The notes under the pieces: model-generated
Told to the model about the DNA's origin: nothing
The model's database searches: none
What the model saw: the letters and a program-made list of their open reading frames with translations, nothing else
From: Prasinococcaceae sp. CCMP 1430
Lineage: Eukaryota > Plantae > Prasinodermophyta
Reading direction: 5' to 3'
NCBI GenBank assembly: GCA_013416795.1
Contig: RQSC01001082.1
Coordinates: 1 to 39,295 of the forward strand
DNA length: 39,295 nucleotides
Shown: piece after piece, positions 36,069 to 39,295 of the stretch
Numbering within the stretch: position 1 is the stretch's first letter
How the letters are laid out: each line of letters starts with the position of its first letter
Position numbers and translations under genes: made by a program

Positions 36069-38946
36069 TCACATCGCTGCGAGCTCTTCAAGCCTCGCGC
36101 GCACCTGCTCCAGGCTCGAGCGCGCCTCCTCCGCCTCAGCGCGCGTAGCCTCCACCACCTTAGCGGGCGCCTTCTTGGAGAAGTCGCTGCCCAGCCGCCC
36201 GTCGAGCTGTGCGAGCGTCTTCTCGAGCTTGGTCGCCTGCCGAGTGAGGCGCTCGGTCTCGACGGCCACGTCAACCAGACCGCTCATTGGCAGCACCACC
36301 TCCACACCATCCCCCACCACCAGCCGCGCGCAGTCCCCGAGCTCCTCCGCGGAGGGAGCGTCCGCCGTGCCCACCAGCTGGAGGGTCTCTACCTCGAGCT
36401 TGGCCAGGAAGGCGAGTGCCGCGCGCTCGCTGTCGAGATCAGCGAGGACGGCCTCGTTCGAGGCCACCACGACTGCAGGGATGCGCTTCCCGGGCGCAAC
36501 CTCGTACTCCGCGCGAGCATTGCGCACGGCGCGAACCACAGCTTGCACCTGCGCAAAGCGCTCAGCGCCGGCGTCGCCACCAGCGCCCTCGTCCGTGTAC
36601 TCGGCGGGCGCCTCGGGCCACGCCGCCACCATCACCGAGTCGCCGTCGTGGGGCAGCGCCTGCCACATTTCCTCGGTCACGTAGGGCATGACCGGGTGCA
36701 GCATGCGCACGAAGCGCTCGTAGCAGTAGCAAAGCACGCGGCGCGCCACCGCGGCGTCGGGCGTGCCCGGGTGTCCGTAGGTGCGCGTCTTGGCGATCTC
36801 GACGTACCAGTCCGCGAAGTCGTTCCAAAGGAACTCGTAGAGCGCGCGCCCCGCTTCGCCGAAGTCGAGCTTTTCCAGCTGTTTGGTCACGTGCGCCACC
36901 AGCTCGTGCGTGCGCCCAACGATCCAGCGCTCGGCCAGCGGAAGCTCGGCCGCCTCCTCGACCGTCATGGTGGGCGCCGATGCCATCGCGGCGCGCTCCT
37001 CCGCGGTGCACTCCTCCAGGCAGAGAAGCACGAACTTGCCCGCCTGCCACACCTTGTTGAGGAAGTTGCGCGAGGCGCTCAGCCGATCCATTGACAGGTT
37101 GACGTCCTGGCCTGGCGTCGTGCCCGTCACCAGAGTGTAGCGAAGCGGGTCGGCGCCGTACTCCGCCACCACGTCCAGCGGATCGACGACGTTGCCGATC
37201 GTCTTCGACATCTTGCGCCCCTTCTCGTCGCGCACGAGGCCGTGCAGGTAGATGGTGTCGAACGGAGGCTTGCCCGTCATCTCGATGCCCATCATCATCA
37301 TGCGCGCCACCCAGAAGAAGAGGATGTCATGCCCGGTCTCCATGACGCTGCTCGGGTAGTACTTCTGGAACTTGGCGGAGCCCTCGTCGGGCCAGCCGAC
37401 CGTCGAGAAGGGCCACAGCCCAGAGCTGTACCACGTGTCGAGCACGTCGGTCTCCTGGCGCAGCGGCACGTCGGGCTCGCCCTCGGCGACGCCCAGCGCG
37501 GCGCGCGCCTGCCGTTGCGCGTCCTCGGCGTCGCGCGCGACGAAGTACTGCTCCTCGCTGGCGCCCGGCGCGTCGACGTACCACACGGGGATGCGGTGAC
37601 CCCACCACAGCTGGCGGCTCACGCACCAGTCGCGGATGTTCTCCAGCCAGTAGTAGTAGGTCTTTTCGAAGCGCTCGGGCACGAACTTGACCTCGCCCGA
37701 GCGCACGGCCTCCAGGGCGGGCCCGGCCAGCGGCTCCATCTTGACGAACCACTGCGTGGACACCAGCGGCTCGATGACCTCACCGCCGCGCTGCGAGCGC
37801 GGCACGCGGCTCACGTGGGCCTCGGTCTTCACCGCCAGTCCCTCCTCCTCCATGGCCGCCCACAGCGCCTCGCGCGCCTCGAAGCGGTCCATCCCCGCGA
37901 AGCGGCCGCCGTTCTCGTTGAGCGTTGCGTCCTCATTCATAATGTTGAGCGTGGGCAGCCCCAGCCGCTTGCCGATCTCGTAGTCGTTCACGTCGTGCCC
38001 GGGCGTCACCTTCAGGCAGCCCGTGCCGAATTCCATGTCCACGTAGTCGTCGGCCAGCACGGGGATCGTGCGGTCGGTGAAGGGCACACGGCACTCCTTG
38101 CCAACCATGTCGCTGAAGCGCGGGTCCTCGGGGTGCACACACACCGCCTGGTCACCCATGATGGTCTCCGGGCGGGTGGTGGCAACGGTGAGGGCGCCGC
38201 TCCCGTCGGCGAGCGGGTACTTGAAGTAGTACATCTTTCCCTCCTCCTCGGAGTACTCCACCTCGAGGTCCGACACCGCCGTGCGCAGGTTGGGGGACCA
38301 ATTCACCATGTAGTCGCCGCGGTAGACGAGCCCCTTCTCGTGGAGCCTCACGAACGACTCGGCCACGGCCGTGCAGAGCGCCGGGTCGAGCGTGAACGCC
38401 TCCTGCTCCCAGTCGCACGAGGCGCCCAGCCGCCGCAGCTGCCCCGTGATGCGCCCGCCGTACTCCGCCTTCCACTCCCACACGCGCTCCTCGAACGCCT
38501 CGCGCCCGAGGTCGTGCTTGCTCACCCCCTCCTCGGCGAGCTTTCTCTCCACCAGCAGCTGCGTGGCGATGCCCGCATGGTCCGTCCCCGGAAGCCACAA
38601 CGTGGGCCGCCCGCGCATCCGCTGAAAGCGCGCCATGATGTCCTGCAGCGTGACGAACATGCCGTGGCCCATGTGAAGCGCGCCCGTCACGTTCGGCGGC
38701 GGCATGCTCACGACGAAGGGCTCCTTGTCCGAGGTCTCATCGGGCGCGAAGAAGCCCGAGCTCTCCCACCACTCGTAGAGCGCGCGCTCCGAGGCCGTGG
38801 GGTCGAAGTTCTTGGGCAGGTCGGTGGGGGAGGGGCACGGCGCCGGGGCGGTGCGCGCCACCGACGTCGCCGCCGCGCTCGCCGCGCACCGCCGCAGCCG
38901 ACCGCGCCGCCGCAGCCGCGGCGACAGCCGCCGTCGCCATCGCCAT
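36069..38946 (-). CDS. valS: Valyl-tRNA synthetase, bacterial/organellar type; 5' end needs an intron or a 1-nt correction
   Basis: PPPNVTGALHMGH, DHAGIATQ, TTRPET, DWCVSRQLWWGHRIP, KMSKT and C-terminal coiled-coil arm. Confidence 0.97.
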
Positions 38947-39064
38947 CCCGCCCGCCACCCCCGCGGGCCCAGCCCGGTGTGGCGCCTGCACCCCCCCACA
39001 CACCGCCCAGCCTCGCCCGCTGCCGGTGCCAAAGCCCTACTCGGGCCACGTCGCTCGCGCGCGC

Positions 39065-39147
39065 TTTAAGGGTTACATTTTTAGGGTTCAATCTCGGCGC
39101 TGCCGCCCCGCGTTTTGAGCTGCGCCTTTCGTTTGAGGTTAGGGTTT
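39065..39147 (-). promoter_or_regulatory. Telo-box cluster upstream of ValRS
   Basis: AAACCCTAA exact (39147-39139), AACCCTAAA (39088-39080) and degenerate AACCCTTAA (about 39074-39066), 120-200 nt upstream of the first AUG. Confidence 0.55.
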
Positions 39148-39295
39148 ACGCAAGATCAGATTTTGGGTTGGATATTTCCGAGGTATGATGCGTCGGAGTA
39201 CGCTCAGAGAGAACGACGGAATGGGATTCGATTGGCGCGGCGTTTTTTTGGCGCGGCGGCGGCTGGCGGCGGCTGCCGCGCGGGCGCGGCGGCGG

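Noticed and set aside
1-39295. Transposons, introners or viral insertions
   Set aside because: I saw no transposase, RT, integrase or capsid motifs, no terminal inverted or direct repeats, and no long near-identical introns.

Overview
Very GC-rich, gene-dense eukaryotic nuclear DNA, most consistent with an early-diverging (prasinophyte-grade) green alga. The evidence is short spliceosomal introns with GTG(C/A)G donors and CTRAC branch points, TGTAA 3'-end signals, and plant-type FKBP12, ATXR3 and NPU homologues; the species cannot be identified from this window. I support 18 protein-coding genes: PfkB ribokinase-like/xylose-isomerase-family fusion (-), SWEET transporter (+), Tyr-Gly/Pro-rich type I membrane protein (-), SAM methyltransferase (+), RPA49 (-), ankyrin-repeat protein (+), V-ATPase E lacking its first exon (-), TKL kinase-FHA (+), ATXR3-like SET protein with a bromodomain (-), PEX3 (+), NPU-like (+), double-S1/RS protein (-), NDUFAF3-like (+), CFAP43 (-), NUDT22/NUDX9-like Nudix (+), FKBP12 (-), 2OG-Fe(II) oxygenase (+), ValRS (-). 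No rRNA, tRNA, CRISPR array or transposon is supportable. The best candidate for an undescribed system is the head-to-head sugar module at 0.6-4.2 kb: a SWEET transporter facing a kinase-isomerase fusion that has a bacterial-like isomerase domain and a hydrophobic N-terminal segment. Other notable signals are near-perfect strand alternation of genes, a VHA-E/kinase junction with no first exon or promoter, several genes without a well-placed in-frame AUG, and long motifs shared between the AT-rich bidirectional promoter islands. All family assignments come from motif recognition, not database searches.
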